DNA from: a virus
Virus record (IMG/VR): IMGVR_UViG_3300032431_000003
Span: 1-64,000 of that record
Reading direction: 5' to 3' (one strand)
DNA length: 64,000 nucleotides
This document shows positions 47,541 through 56,426 of this stretch, piece by piece. How positions within the stretch are numbered: the stretch's first letter is position 1; every line of letters starts with the position of its first letter. Made by a program: the position numbers and the translations under genes. The notes beneath the pieces are model-generated. The model was not told the origin of the DNA. It searched no databases and saw nothing but the letters and a program-made list of their open reading frames with translations.

Positions 47541-48458
47541 TTAAGACCCCCTAACTCCGCCCATTAATGTGAAACTTCCCGGCTCAAAGGTAAACCGTTC
47601 GCTGAGTGGATCAATCAGTTCTAGCTCGTAGTAAACAGAGCCTCCGGCAACATCACGAGTATCGCTAGGATAGATGCGTATTTGTGCCTTCAACTCTTGG
47701 AGAATCCCATGAGTAGTTGTTGTAATATCCGTAGTAGAAATCACCCCGATACCCGAATAGGGCTGAATGGTTGATTTCTTAAACAGAGTTGATACATCGG
47801 AATCACTGGGATTCTTCTTGACCGTGAATAGCAAGGATGGACCAACGCCTTCAGTGAGAGCATCAAGGCGATAGCCCCTCACCGTTAGATTGATTCGGAA
47901 ACTGTCTCCCGCATAAATCTTGGCTCCATGAAGAGGTATCTCTTCGTAGGAAGTGACCAAAAACAGGGAAGCCATTGGGGGCGGGGGCAAGAACTCTCGG
48001 TGTACCGTAGTAACCACGAGCTTGGAGACATCGAGTTGCCCAGCAGTTTTCACTGCCAAAGCAATCCGGGGAGCCGCTTTAGACTTTGGGCTAGGGAATA
48101 ACCCACTGGTGTCAATCGCCTTGACTGCTCCCGGTCTTCCTACGGCAGGTACATGGGAGACAAAAGCATTGACGGACAGGCTGGTATGTTGCCTTGGGGA
48201 GGCTGTAACTCTCGACCTGTCTAGGGTTCCGCTAGCAACTAGTCCCCTGGCAATGATTACCTCCGCAGTCGGAGGAGTCGAGGGGAGGTCGGGGCTAGCA
48301 ACTAAAGCTCTGACAAAAGAAGGGGCTAGACCCACCGCCATTGATTGATCTAGCTTGCTACTAACGTCAAGGCTCCGAGAGTAGCGAAACTCAACGATCT
48401 TCATTGCTGAAGCGTCAAGGTGTCCATTGGTTTCAATTGAGATCGAAGGATTAGCCAT
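47541..48458 (-). CDS. Virion protein with C-terminal BppU-like Ig domain
   Basis: IYAGDSFRINLTV..FTVKK..IYPSDT..YYELEL. Confidence 0.55.
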   Translation of the reverse strand: MANPSISIETNGHLDASAMKIVEFRYSRSLDVSSKLDQSMAVGLAPSFVRALVASPDLPSTPPTAEVIIARGLVASGTLDRSRVTASPRQHTSLSVNAFVSHVPAVGRPGAVKAIDTSGLFPSPKSKAAPRIALAVKTAGQLDVSKLVVTTVHREFLPPPPMASLFLVTSYEEIPLHGAKIYAGDSFRINLTVRGYRLDALTEGVGPSLLFTVKKNPSDSDVSTLFKKSTIQPYSGIGVISTTDITTTTHGILQELKAQIRIYPSDTRDVAGGSVYYELELIDPLSERFTFEPGSFTLMGGVRGS

Positions 48459-48465
48459 TTATCTC

Positions 48466-49314
48466 CTACTCGTAAACTTCTAAGCCAGCAATGGGGATGA
48501 TGATGTTATCATCTCGACGAATCAAGATGTTGCGCTCAGGAGGGAATCCACCAAAGTACCAAGGAGTCCCACCACTCGCCGTAGTGTAAATCCCAAATGA
48601 CTTAGCCAACTCCCAGTTAGCTGTAGCATCTGCAAATTTAATCTCAACCAAGTTAGAGATTTTGCGATTTACACCGGGAGGCGTAAAGGTTCCTGCGGCT
48701 GCGGGAAGTTGAACCCGTGCATAGCCAGGGGCGTTAGCACTAGTTAGTTCTCCAATGTCTCCAACCCCTAGCTGAGAAGTAGGCTTTGTACCCAATCCAA
48801 TGTAGATACTGTTTCCGGGGAGGCTATAGGATTGCCCAAGAAGTAGCGACAGTTGTTTTCCTGCCAACTCATCGGACTTCCCTGTATTCCCAGAATCCAA
48901 AGTAAGCATCAGGCGGTTAGGCGGGAACTTAACATAGTTACCTTGAGGGCAATTCTGTCCAGTCACCAAGTGCATGAAGAACCAAGGAATCGTGCCAGCC
49001 AGAGTAGGAAAGATGCCAGCAGACTTAACTTCTTCATCCCAGTTGACCGTTGCGGGACCAAAAAGTTGAGTCTGAGTGTTGAAAGCACTCCGACCGCTGA
49101 CTACCCATGCAGATGCGGCGGAAGCACTGTTGATATTGAAACGAGCATAGCCGTCTCCGACAAACTCAATGCCAGCGAAGTCTCCAGTGTTAGGCGGTAA
49201 GTTTTTACCTAGCCCAATATGGAAGCTGCCAGTCCCGTAAGGAGAGTCACAGGCTTGTCCACGGAGGACATTCAAGAAATTAGCTGCAAGTGGTTGAGAG
49301 ATACCTTCTGCCAT
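48466..49314 (-). CDS. Virion structural protein with two tandem IGLG..E..GYAR..F..AT.NW domains
   Basis: Clear internal duplication; motif typical of phage minor structural proteins. Confidence 0.65.
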   Translation of the reverse strand: MAEGISQPLAANFLNVLRGQACDSPYGTGSFHIGLGKNLPPNTGDFAGIEFVGDGYARFNINSASAASAWVVSGRSAFNTQTQLFGPATVNWDEEVKSAGIFPTLAGTIPWFFMHLVTGQNCPQGNYVKFPPNRLMLTLDSGNTGKSDELAGKQLSLLLGQSYSLPGNSIYIGLGTKPTSQLGVGDIGELTSANAPGYARVQLPAAAGTFTPPGVNRKISNLVEIKFADATANWELAKSFGIYTTASGGTPWYFGGFPPERNILIRRDDNIIIPIAGLEVYE

Positions 49315-49331
49315 AAAAGCTCCTTATATTT

Positions 49332-49940
49332 TTAGTAATCTATGGACTCTCTTTGATCAGAAAGTCTTCGTCTTTCTCGAATAGTGCCAATACCAAAATC
49401 GATATCGGCAAGCTCTCCTGAAACTCTTCGCCGCCCAATGATTGCCTGGTTTCGACTCAGGGTATCTGGCGGTCGTAATTGAAGTTGCTCCCCCGGAAGG
49501 ACAACTGCTTCCATCCCCGGCTGTTGAGCATTAACTCCTGGAATAGCAAGATTGTGTCCGGCACAGTACATACCAAGCAATTGGCTAGCTCTACTGGCGG
49601 AATTCGTTCCCATCCCTGAGACATCATTGCCTAGTTGAGGGGAAGGACTTGACTGGTAATAAACGCCCATGAGATCAGCGACAATCAAGTTTTCAATGAT
49701 CTCAGAGAGGATAGCCCTAGTGTCTTGCTCAACGAGAGCAAGGGGAAACACGTAGATTCTTCGGAGAATCGAGTTGACATAGGCTTCTTTCTGTTCGCCA
49801 ATCTGTCCAATCAACTCTTCATTGGCAACCATCTCCCCTAAGTTCTTAGCCCAAGGTTCACTGAAACCATTGGTAGGCACATTGAGCCGACCTTGGAGTC
49901 TTCGAGCTATTGCGTGGGTGGTTGTGTAAATCAGGGGCAT
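49332..49940 (-). CDS. Head-tail adaptor (Mu gp36-like)
   Basis: YTT..I, EAYVNSIL..IYVFPL..L..I pattern. Confidence 0.7.
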   Translation of the reverse strand: MPLIYTTTHAIARRLQGRLNVPTNGFSEPWAKNLGEMVANEELIGQIGEQKEAYVNSILRRIYVFPLALVEQDTRAILSEIIENLIVADLMGVYYQSSPSPQLGNDVSGMGTNSASRASQLLGMYCAGHNLAIPGVNAQQPGMEAVVLPGEQLQLRPPDTLSRNQAIIGRRRVSGELADIDFGIGTIRERRRLSDQRESIDY

Positions 49941-49955
49941 TGATTATCCTCTTGG

Positions 49956-50462
49956 CTATTTAGATGATCTAGCTTTTCTAAGTTGAAGTGCTTGAGCCGT
50001 TAGTTCGAGCCCTCTCTCCCTAAGTCCCAGTCCTCGATCTCTGATGTCCAGTCCCCTGTTGGCAGAGGCAATCCGACCGAGTACGCCCATCCTTCCCGTC
50101 CTACTTTTGCTTATTCGTGATCCAATTCGAGAGGTTATATCCCCTCTCCTGAGTCCAGAATCGAGGAACCCTCCGACTAGACTTAGCCGACTTGATGACG
50201 GCACAGGTCTAGAGGCAATCTCACGAGCCATTCTGTATTTCTTGACCAGTTGAAAGTCCTTAGCTCCCCTAGCTACGTTGTAGTAAGCCTTGGTCAAATT
50301 GTTAGCCGAATTAGCCAGGTGAGTGGTTCTCAATACCGCCTTGTCAAGGGCTTCGCCAGCATTGAAGGGCACTGCGTTCCGCTTCCTCAAGGAGTTGCTA
50401 ATCTTCCGCTTGTGAGCAGCCGATAGCTTCTTCCTGAATTCTGCGATGTAAGGAGTGTTCAT
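49956..50462 (-). CDS. Basic protein with short MNTPYIAEF leader and NUMOD3-like motif
   Basis: LSAAHKRKISNSL immediately after AEF. Confidence 0.7.
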   Translation of the reverse strand: MNTPYIAEFRKKLSAAHKRKISNSLRKRNAVPFNAGEALDKAVLRTTHLANSANNLTKAYYNVARGAKDFQLVKKYRMAREIASRPVPSSSRLSLVGGFLDSGLRRGDITSRIGSRISKSRTGRMGVLGRIASANRGLDIRDRGLGLRERGLELTAQALQLRKARSSK

Positions 50463-50821
50463 CTTTGCCTTGCTTTTTTATACCTTTGGAGCAGTCGAGT
50501 TCCCTTGTTAGCAATGACTCTGGCTTGAGCTTCTGTTCTAGGAACAGGCTCTCCCCAAGCCTTTGCCGTCAGAGCTAGACGTGTAGGGCGACCCTTTTTA
50601 TCTACGAGAGGAGGTAGAACCTTTCTCCCATAGAATCGCCTAGCCCAAGAACCCTTTCTTCTCAGATCGGAGACCGTCATCTTCTTACCATGTCGCATAA
50701 CCCCAGGGCGGAGTTTGCTGCCAGTCTTCTGTGCATAGTATTTTCGACCTGCGGGAGTTAGACCTCCATTCGGGCTGTGATACTTTGCGGCAAAATTAGC
50801 TAGCGACAGGTGCTGAGGCAT
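50459..50821 (-). CDS. Basic DUF6321-like protein with MPQHLSLANF leader
   Basis: GGLTPAGRKYY..TGSKLRPGV..RRKGSW..D.KGRPTRLAL..AWG, recalled family pattern. Confidence 0.65.
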   Translation of the reverse strand: MPQHLSLANFAAKYHSPNGGLTPAGRKYYAQKTGSKLRPGVMRHGKKMTVSDLRRKGSWARRFYGRKVLPPLVDKKGRPTRLALTAKAWGEPVPRTEAQARVIANKGTRLLQRYKKARQR

Positions 50822-51074
50822 TGGCTTTCTTTGTAGGCGTAGATGCAGGAGTCGAAGTGTCGATGATTACCGCTTCAGCAGGGGGAACAACAACTTCGGG
50901 GAAAGCAAAGGACTGCTTTCTGCCGTTGTCATTGGTCAGGTATTCATCATTACGAAACTTCTCTGGGATTGCCTCTGCTCTGTAATAGCGATCCATGTCG
51001 ATAGGGAACATGCACTGAGTAGCCATATCCAATATCTGTTTCTTGACATAGACGGGTTTTGTTAAATCAAACAT
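50796..51074 (-). CDS. Hypothetical protein downstream of capsid gene
   Basis: Starts immediately after MCP stop. Confidence 0.65.
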   Translation of the reverse strand: MFDLTKPVYVKKQILDMATQCMFPIDMDRYYRAEAIPEKFRNDEYLTNDNGRKQSFAFPEVVVPPAEAVIIDTSTPASTPTKKANASAPVAS

Positions 51075-52220
51075 CTAAGCAGCCCTCCGTGCAAATAACA
51101 ATTTAGGATTAGGGATTACTGGCAACATTGTCGCAACGCCTTGAGTGGCATCACGAGGAGGGAACTTAGTAACTTCTCTAGTGACCACAAAGGGACCAGG
51201 GGCTCCTTCGTTTTCTAGGGTTGGACCCATAGCTTGTTCGCCCATGCCTTGAGTCAAGAAGACGTAACGATCTGGGTTGAAGAAGCGCATTTTCCCACCA
51301 CCATTAGGCAGGTTGTACATTTCATCACAGATAATAATTGGGGGTAAGCCCATGTCTTCAAAGAGACGATCAAGCATGAGGTTGGAAACCACTCCCACAT
51401 TGGAGACAACGACAGACGCTGCGGAGTTGGAGATCGAAGAGAATGAACGCTTCGTGGACTCTTGATTTCGCAAGTGAAGCCGCAACTTGTGGGACATGAG
51501 AATTGCCGTAGGCATGTAGCCGTTAGTGTCTCGGAAGACCTCTACGTCATTCTCTAAGTTTTGCAATCCATCGGCAGTGACGTATTGATTCCACGCTTGA
51601 GGAGTCGCAGTCAGATCGGGTGGAAAGTGAGCAAATTTGCCATTAGGGGCATAGCCATAGGTGGCATCGGCATCACGGTAGTCCAAGGGCAATCGAACAC
51701 TGGTTCGAGTATCTTCGTAATTGACGAAGCCAAACTGGACTGCTTGAGCCGCAATTAGATAATTAAGGTCAGTCAAGGCTCGTGCCATGTCAGCAATAGT
51801 GCCAAACAAGTAATCAGCCAAGGTGGAGTTAGCACCGGGGATGACTGCTCCATTGGGCAATACTTGTGACTGAACAGTTAGCCCTTTAGCCGAAGCCTTC
51901 TCAAGGGCTTCACGCATTTGCCATTGACGTTCTTCGGGGTAGTCAAAGGAAAGCCCAGCCTTGAATAGATCACCAGTAATCTTGTTGAATTTACCAACTT
52001 GAGTGGTTGGTAGTTCCGCACCATAGGCAACTAAGGAAGCCACTGGGCTTACCTTGTCCACCACGTAGGCGAGGAAGTCCCGCGTATCATACATTCGTGG
52101 AGGTAAGAAAGCATCAAGAGCCCGTTTTCGCTGATTAAGATAGTGGAGAGTGTCGTCCACCATAATGTTCGCTTCGGCAGCTTGTTGCTGTTCACTTAAC
52201 CAGCTTGCAATTTGTCCCAT
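51075..52220 (-). CDS. Major capsid protein (HK97 fold, lambda gpE-like)
   Basis: ASLVAYGAELP, GYMPTAILMS, GLPPIIICD, ATMLPVIPNP; GAGGA RBS; position. Confidence 0.88.
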   Translation of the reverse strand: MGQIASWLSEQQQAAEANIMVDDTLHYLNQRKRALDAFLPPRMYDTRDFLAYVVDKVSPVASLVAYGAELPTTQVGKFNKITGDLFKAGLSFDYPEERQWQMREALEKASAKGLTVQSQVLPNGAVIPGANSTLADYLFGTIADMARALTDLNYLIAAQAVQFGFVNYEDTRTSVRLPLDYRDADATYGYAPNGKFAHFPPDLTATPQAWNQYVTADGLQNLENDVEVFRDTNGYMPTAILMSHKLRLHLRNQESTKRSFSSISNSAASVVVSNVGVVSNLMLDRLFEDMGLPPIIICDEMYNLPNGGGKMRFFNPDRYVFLTQGMGEQAMGPTLENEGAPGPFVVTREVTKFPPRDATQGVATMLPVIPNPKLLFARRAA

Positions 52221-52228
52221 TTATCCTC

Positions 52229-53086
52229 CTAGAACCGTGTTCCGTATGTAATATTAGGGGTTGCGCGCTTGATACCCCCGTCAATATAGGGAAGGTTTTG
52301 TTCCCAAACGCCCTTAGCTCCAGTAACTAAAGCCAAGGTCTTTTCAGGGTCCACAGTCCAGTCGGTTCCGAAGGGATGTAAACCACCAATCTGATCAACG
52401 TAAACCCCGACCTTGCCACCGACCGGAACGGGGTTCGTTGCCGAAGCCGTCAAGGTAATTAGGCTAGGATCAACCTCGTCAAACATAGAGATGGTTCCCA
52501 CTGGGGTCTGAGCAGTCATGATTCCGTTAGCTGGGCTTCGAGTAACCGTGCCCCCAACCAAGGTAATAGTGTGGCAAGTAACTCCATCGCTGGAGAACAA
52601 GTGAACATTGGAGCCACTTGCTACAGCCCGAATCATGGAACTCAGGATGCCGCTTGCATTAATGAAAGCAGCCATTTCAGTTGCGGCATTCTGAACTGTG
52701 CTACCAAGAGTTCCCAAGAAGGTGAAGACGTGAGTGTTGCCAGCTACGGTAATGGCTACTGTAGCGTTGACCGCCAAGGCAGTAACTCCGAGCATCAGGT
52801 AGGGCTCAACAATTGTTAAGATATCGCCCACTTTGAATAGCTGATAGTTCTTCAGTTTTCCAGTAGTTCCCGTGATTGCCTGAGTAAGCTCAGTCCGAGG
52901 CAGGGGATGCCATAGATTGCCGATTCGAGCGAAGAATAACCCTGCGGGTAAGCTCCATTTTTTCCGTTCATTTAACTTAATTCGATCCCGGACAGCCGTG
53001 ATCGACATCGTGGTGTCAACGCCATCTACAAAGGCTAAAATTGGCAAGCCTTCGCCATAACGATCTGAGTGACGAACCCAAGACAT
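52229..53086 (-). CDS. Head decoration protein
   Basis: Between scaffold and MCP; LPAGLF and V.EQNLPY motifs. Confidence 0.6.
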   Translation of the reverse strand: MSWVRHSDRYGEGLPILAFVDGVDTTMSITAVRDRIKLNERKKWSLPAGLFFARIGNLWHPLPRTELTQAITGTTGKLKNYQLFKVGDILTIVEPYLMLGVTALAVNATVAITVAGNTHVFTFLGTLGSTVQNAATEMAAFINASGILSSMIRAVASGSNVHLFSSDGVTCHTITLVGGTVTRSPANGIMTAQTPVGTISMFDEVDPSLITLTASATNPVPVGGKVGVYVDQIGGLHPFGTDWTVDPEKTLALVTGAKGVWEQNLPYIDGGIKRATPNITYGTRF

Positions 53087-53091
53087 ACTTT

Positions 53092-54159
53092 CTACCTTCC
53101 AATGTTTTGTAGTCTCAATTCGGCATTGCGCCGAGCTTGAGCTTGAATAGCATTTTCTTCAGCTTCCTCGTTGGGATTCAAGGGTTCATCGTAAGCGAAG
53201 GAATTGAAACTAATCATTCCCCCACATTTTTGAAACATTTCAAGGGTCTTCTGCATGGCATATAGCTCAGTGTCTAAACTGGAGCCATTTGATTGACATA
53301 CAGAAGAAAATGCAGCCAACTGATCGTCTTGGCTCTCGAAGTTACCTAGGAGCTCACGGTGAACCACTGGAGGTAGCCATCCCTGATTGAACCCAGCATC
53401 GGCTAAACGATTTAGTTCGTTCAAGCGACTAGAGACCTCTTGCTGAACTTGAGCTTCAGTAAACTGAGCTTCTAATTCTTGCAAGCGGAAGTCCTTGTCT
53501 TGAATGGCTCTGGCGTAGCTTTCAAGGACTTCCTCGGTTTCGCCCTCGTCACCTTCGTCCTCTTCGTAATCGCCTTCTTCCATCGCATCATCCTCAGCCA
53601 AGACAAGCATCCCATTGAGGACTTCTTCGTCATTAGCCGAATCAAAGGCTTGAGCCAGTTCTAGTACGAGGTCTTGGTCTGGGATGTATTGCCCAACAAG
53701 GATTCCGGCAATAGATTCTGCATCGTAACCAGTGACTTCACAAAGAGCCGCAATGCCTTCTTCAAGGTCGCCGTAGTCTTCATTGATCAACTCCATCAGA
53801 GCTTGTCCAATCCCACTCTCAGAAGAACCACGAAAGAAGTTAGCAGTGTTTCCACCACGGGAATAATCCTCTTCGTCATCCTCTTCGTCGTCTTCGTCAT
53901 CTTCATCGCCTTCTTCGAGTTCTACGATTTGTTCGTATTCGTCGTAAGCTTGGGCACGAAGTTCTTGGGCTTCTTCGTAAGTCAGAAGTCCCTCTTCTTC
54001 GCCGTCATCAATGCTGTTGATGGTCGCTTCGTAAACTTCGTCGATGTTTTCAATGGCAGTGGCAAGAATCTCTTCTTCGGAGAGTTCTTCCTCTTGGTTG
54101 TCATCGTACTCATCGGCATATTGGTTTGCGTAGCGAGTTGGTCTTTCTTTTGTGTACAT
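53092..54159 (-). CDS. Acidic capsid scaffold protein
   Basis: Very acidic, coiled coil LQELEAQF, GWLPP motif, upstream of capsid genes. Confidence 0.7.
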   Translation of the reverse strand: MYTKERPTRYANQYADEYDDNQEEELSEEEILATAIENIDEVYEATINSIDDGEEEGLLTYEEAQELRAQAYDEYEQIVELEEGDEDDEDDEEDDEEDYSRGGNTANFFRGSSESGIGQALMELINEDYGDLEEGIAALCEVTGYDAESIAGILVGQYIPDQDLVLELAQAFDSANDEEVLNGMLVLAEDDAMEEGDYEEDEGDEGETEEVLESYARAIQDKDFRLQELEAQFTEAQVQQEVSSRLNELNRLADAGFNQGWLPPVVHRELLGNFESQDDQLAAFSSVCQSNGSSLDTELYAMQKTLEMFQKCGGMISFNSFAYDEPLNPNEEAEENAIQAQARRNAELRLQNIGR

Positions 54160-54194
54160 TATTTACTCCTTATTTAGTAAGTTCAAAAACGGGC

Positions 54195-54578
54195 TTATCT
54201 GTATTTCCGCTTCTTAGACCTCCGAATCTTTCTACCAAGAGCCTTGGCTCCTCGGTAGGCTCCATAGCCAAGAGCAACGGTTCCCGCAGCTTTCAAGGCA
54301 TTACTCGTACCACTCAAAACGCCCCCACCAACGGCTCCAGCAGCACCGCCTGCAACAGGGTTAAACCCCATCCCTTTTGCTGCGGCAGCACTCGCTGTTC
54401 CACCGATTATTCCACCCCTAAGCAGTCCCAGTCCTCCACCAGCGAGAGCCCCGTACTTGACTGCCTTACCTAGTCGGATACCTTTTCGGCTTTTCTTGCC
54501 ACCCAAGGGAGAGGCAAATTCAGCCCGAAGAGGCTCGTCGTAATACATTGAGAAAGCTGCGTCCAGCATTGTGTACAT
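54195..54578 (-). CDS. Leader-cargo basic protein (MYTMLDAAFSMYYDEPLRAEF) with glycine zippers
   Basis: AGGAG RBS; conserved leader. Confidence 0.85.
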   Translation of the reverse strand: MYTMLDAAFSMYYDEPLRAEFASPLGGKKSRKGIRLGKAVKYGALAGGGLGLLRGGIIGGTASAAAAKGMGFNPVAGGAAGAVGGGVLSGTSNALKAAGTVALGYGAYRGAKALGRKIRRSKKRKYR

Positions 54579-54590
54579 TGTTTACTCCTA

Positions 54591-54968
54591 TTAACCTTTA
54601 GTGCCTCTACGTCGTTTCAAGCCAATCTTTCGACGAGCTCGATGTCCAGTAGCTTTGATAGAGCGAACAGCCCTGTAGGCTCCGTAGCCAGCAAGTCCTC
54701 CTGCTAGACCAGTTGCGGCTCCCTTTAGACTCTCCGAAGCTATTGGTCTGACCATTCCCTTCGCTACATCCGTTGGGCTCCGTCCAGCCTTTCTGCTGAT
54801 GTATTGACGAGAAGCTTCACCGAGCCCAAGTCCAACGGCTCCCCCAAGGACACTATTGCGAATACCCTGCTTTAGAGCCCTTTTATTTTTCTTTGACATA
54901 CCAAACTCAGCTTGGAGAGGCTCGTCGTAATACATTGAGAAAGCTGCGTCTAACATCGAATATTCCAT
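54591..54968 (-). CDS. Leader-cargo basic protein (MEYSMLDAAFSMYYDEPLQAEF) with glycine zippers
   Basis: Start reassigned from leader homology. Confidence 0.85.
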   Translation of the reverse strand: MEYSMLDAAFSMYYDEPLQAEFGMSKKNKRALKQGIRNSVLGGAVGLGLGEASRQYISRKAGRSPTDVAKGMVRPIASESLKGAATGLAGGLAGYGAYRAVRSIKATGHRARRKIGLKRRRGTKG

Positions 54969-54972
54969 GTCT

Positions 54973-55374
54973 TTATATCTTGGGGAATTTGAGTGCATTC
55001 TGGGCGGCAGTAACGTTGGCAGAGGCTCCAGCCTTGGCTCCAGCAAAGACTGGCTTGACTAGTCTAGTTCCCCTAGCCCCAGAAGCATAGGCTGTCTTGC
55101 CAGCACCGTAGCCACCCTTGCCTGCCCCGTGAAGCCCAGCCCCAATGACTGATGCCTTTATTGGGTTCTTGGCAACAAAGGCTCCGACTTTTTTGAGTTG
55201 CGTATTGGCAGCCCCAGCTAGCCGACCAGCCCCTCGCCTAGCCAAGAGAGCGGCGCGTTTCGCCTTCCTCCCTGCCCGACGAAGAAATCCTCGCTTACCA
55301 GGGGGAGCAGCGCCTTCGTTGAAATTGGCGGAAGCGTAGAGTTCGTGGGCTGAGTCGATTAGTGTGTATGCCAT
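54973..55374 (-). CDS. Leader-cargo basic protein (MAYTLIDSAHELYASANF)
   Basis: AAGGA RBS; start reassigned from leader homology. Confidence 0.85.
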   Translation of the reverse strand: MAYTLIDSAHELYASANFNEGAAPPGKRGFLRRAGRKAKRAALLARRGAGRLAGAANTQLKKVGAFVAKNPIKASVIGAGLHGAGKGGYGAGKTAYASGARGTRLVKPVFAGAKAGASANVTAAQNALKFPKI

Positions 55375-55387
55375 GTTGATCCTTGAT

Positions 55388-55747
55388 TTATCGGGGCATT
55401 CTTTGACTATTTCTGAAGTTCTTGGCAGATTGAACGGCTTGAGCCCTATTGGTGGACTTTGGACTGTTGGCAACTCGCTTAGCTACAGAACCCGCATAAA
55501 GTCCACCAGCCCCAAGAGCTAAAGCCCCGCCAGCCCCAAGAGCCACCTTACCCTTGTTTCGCATGGCAACTCCGCCAGCCCTTCGAGCTAAAGACCCTGC
55601 GCCTCTACCTGCTCGTCCAGCCATCTGTCCAGCCCGTCCTGCAAAAACTTTAGCTTTTCGCCCTGCCTTACGAAGCATTCCTGCCTTAGAGAATTCTGCT
55701 TCGGGGTAGTACATTTCGTAAGCGGCATCTAATAATGTGTAAGCCAT
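55388..55747 (-). CDS. Leader-cargo basic protein (MAYTLLDAAYEMYYPEAEF) with glycine zipper
   Basis: GAGGA RBS; leader identical to 56060 and 56427. Confidence 0.85.
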   Translation of the reverse strand: MAYTLLDAAYEMYYPEAEFSKAGMLRKAGRKAKVFAGRAGQMAGRAGRGAGSLARRAGGVAMRNKGKVALGAGGALALGAGGLYAGSVAKRVANSPKSTNRAQAVQSAKNFRNSQRMPR

Positions 55748-55768
55748 CTGCGGTTTCCTCTGTTTCGT

Positions 55769-56044
55769 TTATTTTTTGCGGAAGGGGTTCATTCGTCGAA
55801 GCCCACCGCCAATGTCCTTTTTAATCCGTTGACCAACTCCGTAGGCAAAGGCTTCATCGGGAGCACGGGGTTGTCGTTTTCGAGGCTTTGTTTCTCGGTG
55901 CATCGCTCTTTCCCCAGCGTTGAGGTATCGATACTTTGCTGCCTTGAGCCTCGTCTTAACTTTCTTGAATGTCCGCTTACCCATTGCAAACTCAGCTTTC
56001 TGGGGGCGAAATTCAAGTGCAGATTCTAGTAGTGTGTATGCCAC
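55769..56044 (-). CDS. Leader-cargo basic protein (MAYTLLESALEFRPQKAEF)
   Basis: GTG start, GGAGG RBS. Confidence 0.8.
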   Translation of the reverse strand: MAYTLLESALEFRPQKAEFAMGKRTFKKVKTRLKAAKYRYLNAGERAMHRETKPRKRQPRAPDEAFAYGVGQRIKKDIGGGLRRMNPFRKK

Positions 56045-56059
56045 TTGTTTCCTCCCTGA

Positions 56060-56377
56060 CTATCTTCTTCGTGGAAGAGCTCTTCGTGCAACCTTGTCAG
56101 TGCTCATCTCTCTCATCAGCCCTCTCATTTCGGGGGTTTGGCGAAGCATTGCTCCTCCACCCTTATTCCACCGCTTAGCCGCCGCTTCCGTTCTGCCTGT
56201 CTTGTACCCTAGCCTGAAGTTTTTCTTATATTTCTTAGCCTTCATTCCACCTAGCCGGGCGTAACTCTTGGCTTTCCGACCAACTCCGCTAAGCGCAGCC
56301 CTACCTCTGTCTAGCAATCCGAATTCTGCTTCGGGGTAATACATTTCGTAAGCTGCATCTAATAATGTGTAAGCCAT
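56060..56377 (-). CDS. Leader-cargo basic protein (MAYTLLDAAYEMYYPEAEF), paralog of 56427
   Basis: TAAGGAG RBS; 26 of 86 post-leader residues are R/K. Confidence 0.85.
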   Translation of the reverse strand: MAYTLLDAAYEMYYPEAEFGLLDRGRAALSGVGRKAKSYARLGGMKAKKYKKNFRLGYKTGRTEAAAKRWNKGGGAMLRQTPEMRGLMREMSTDKVARRALPRRR

Positions 56378-56426
56378 CTGTGGTCTCCTTAGTCGTGTTT
56401 ATTTTTGCGGGTTAGTTTCTCTCTGG

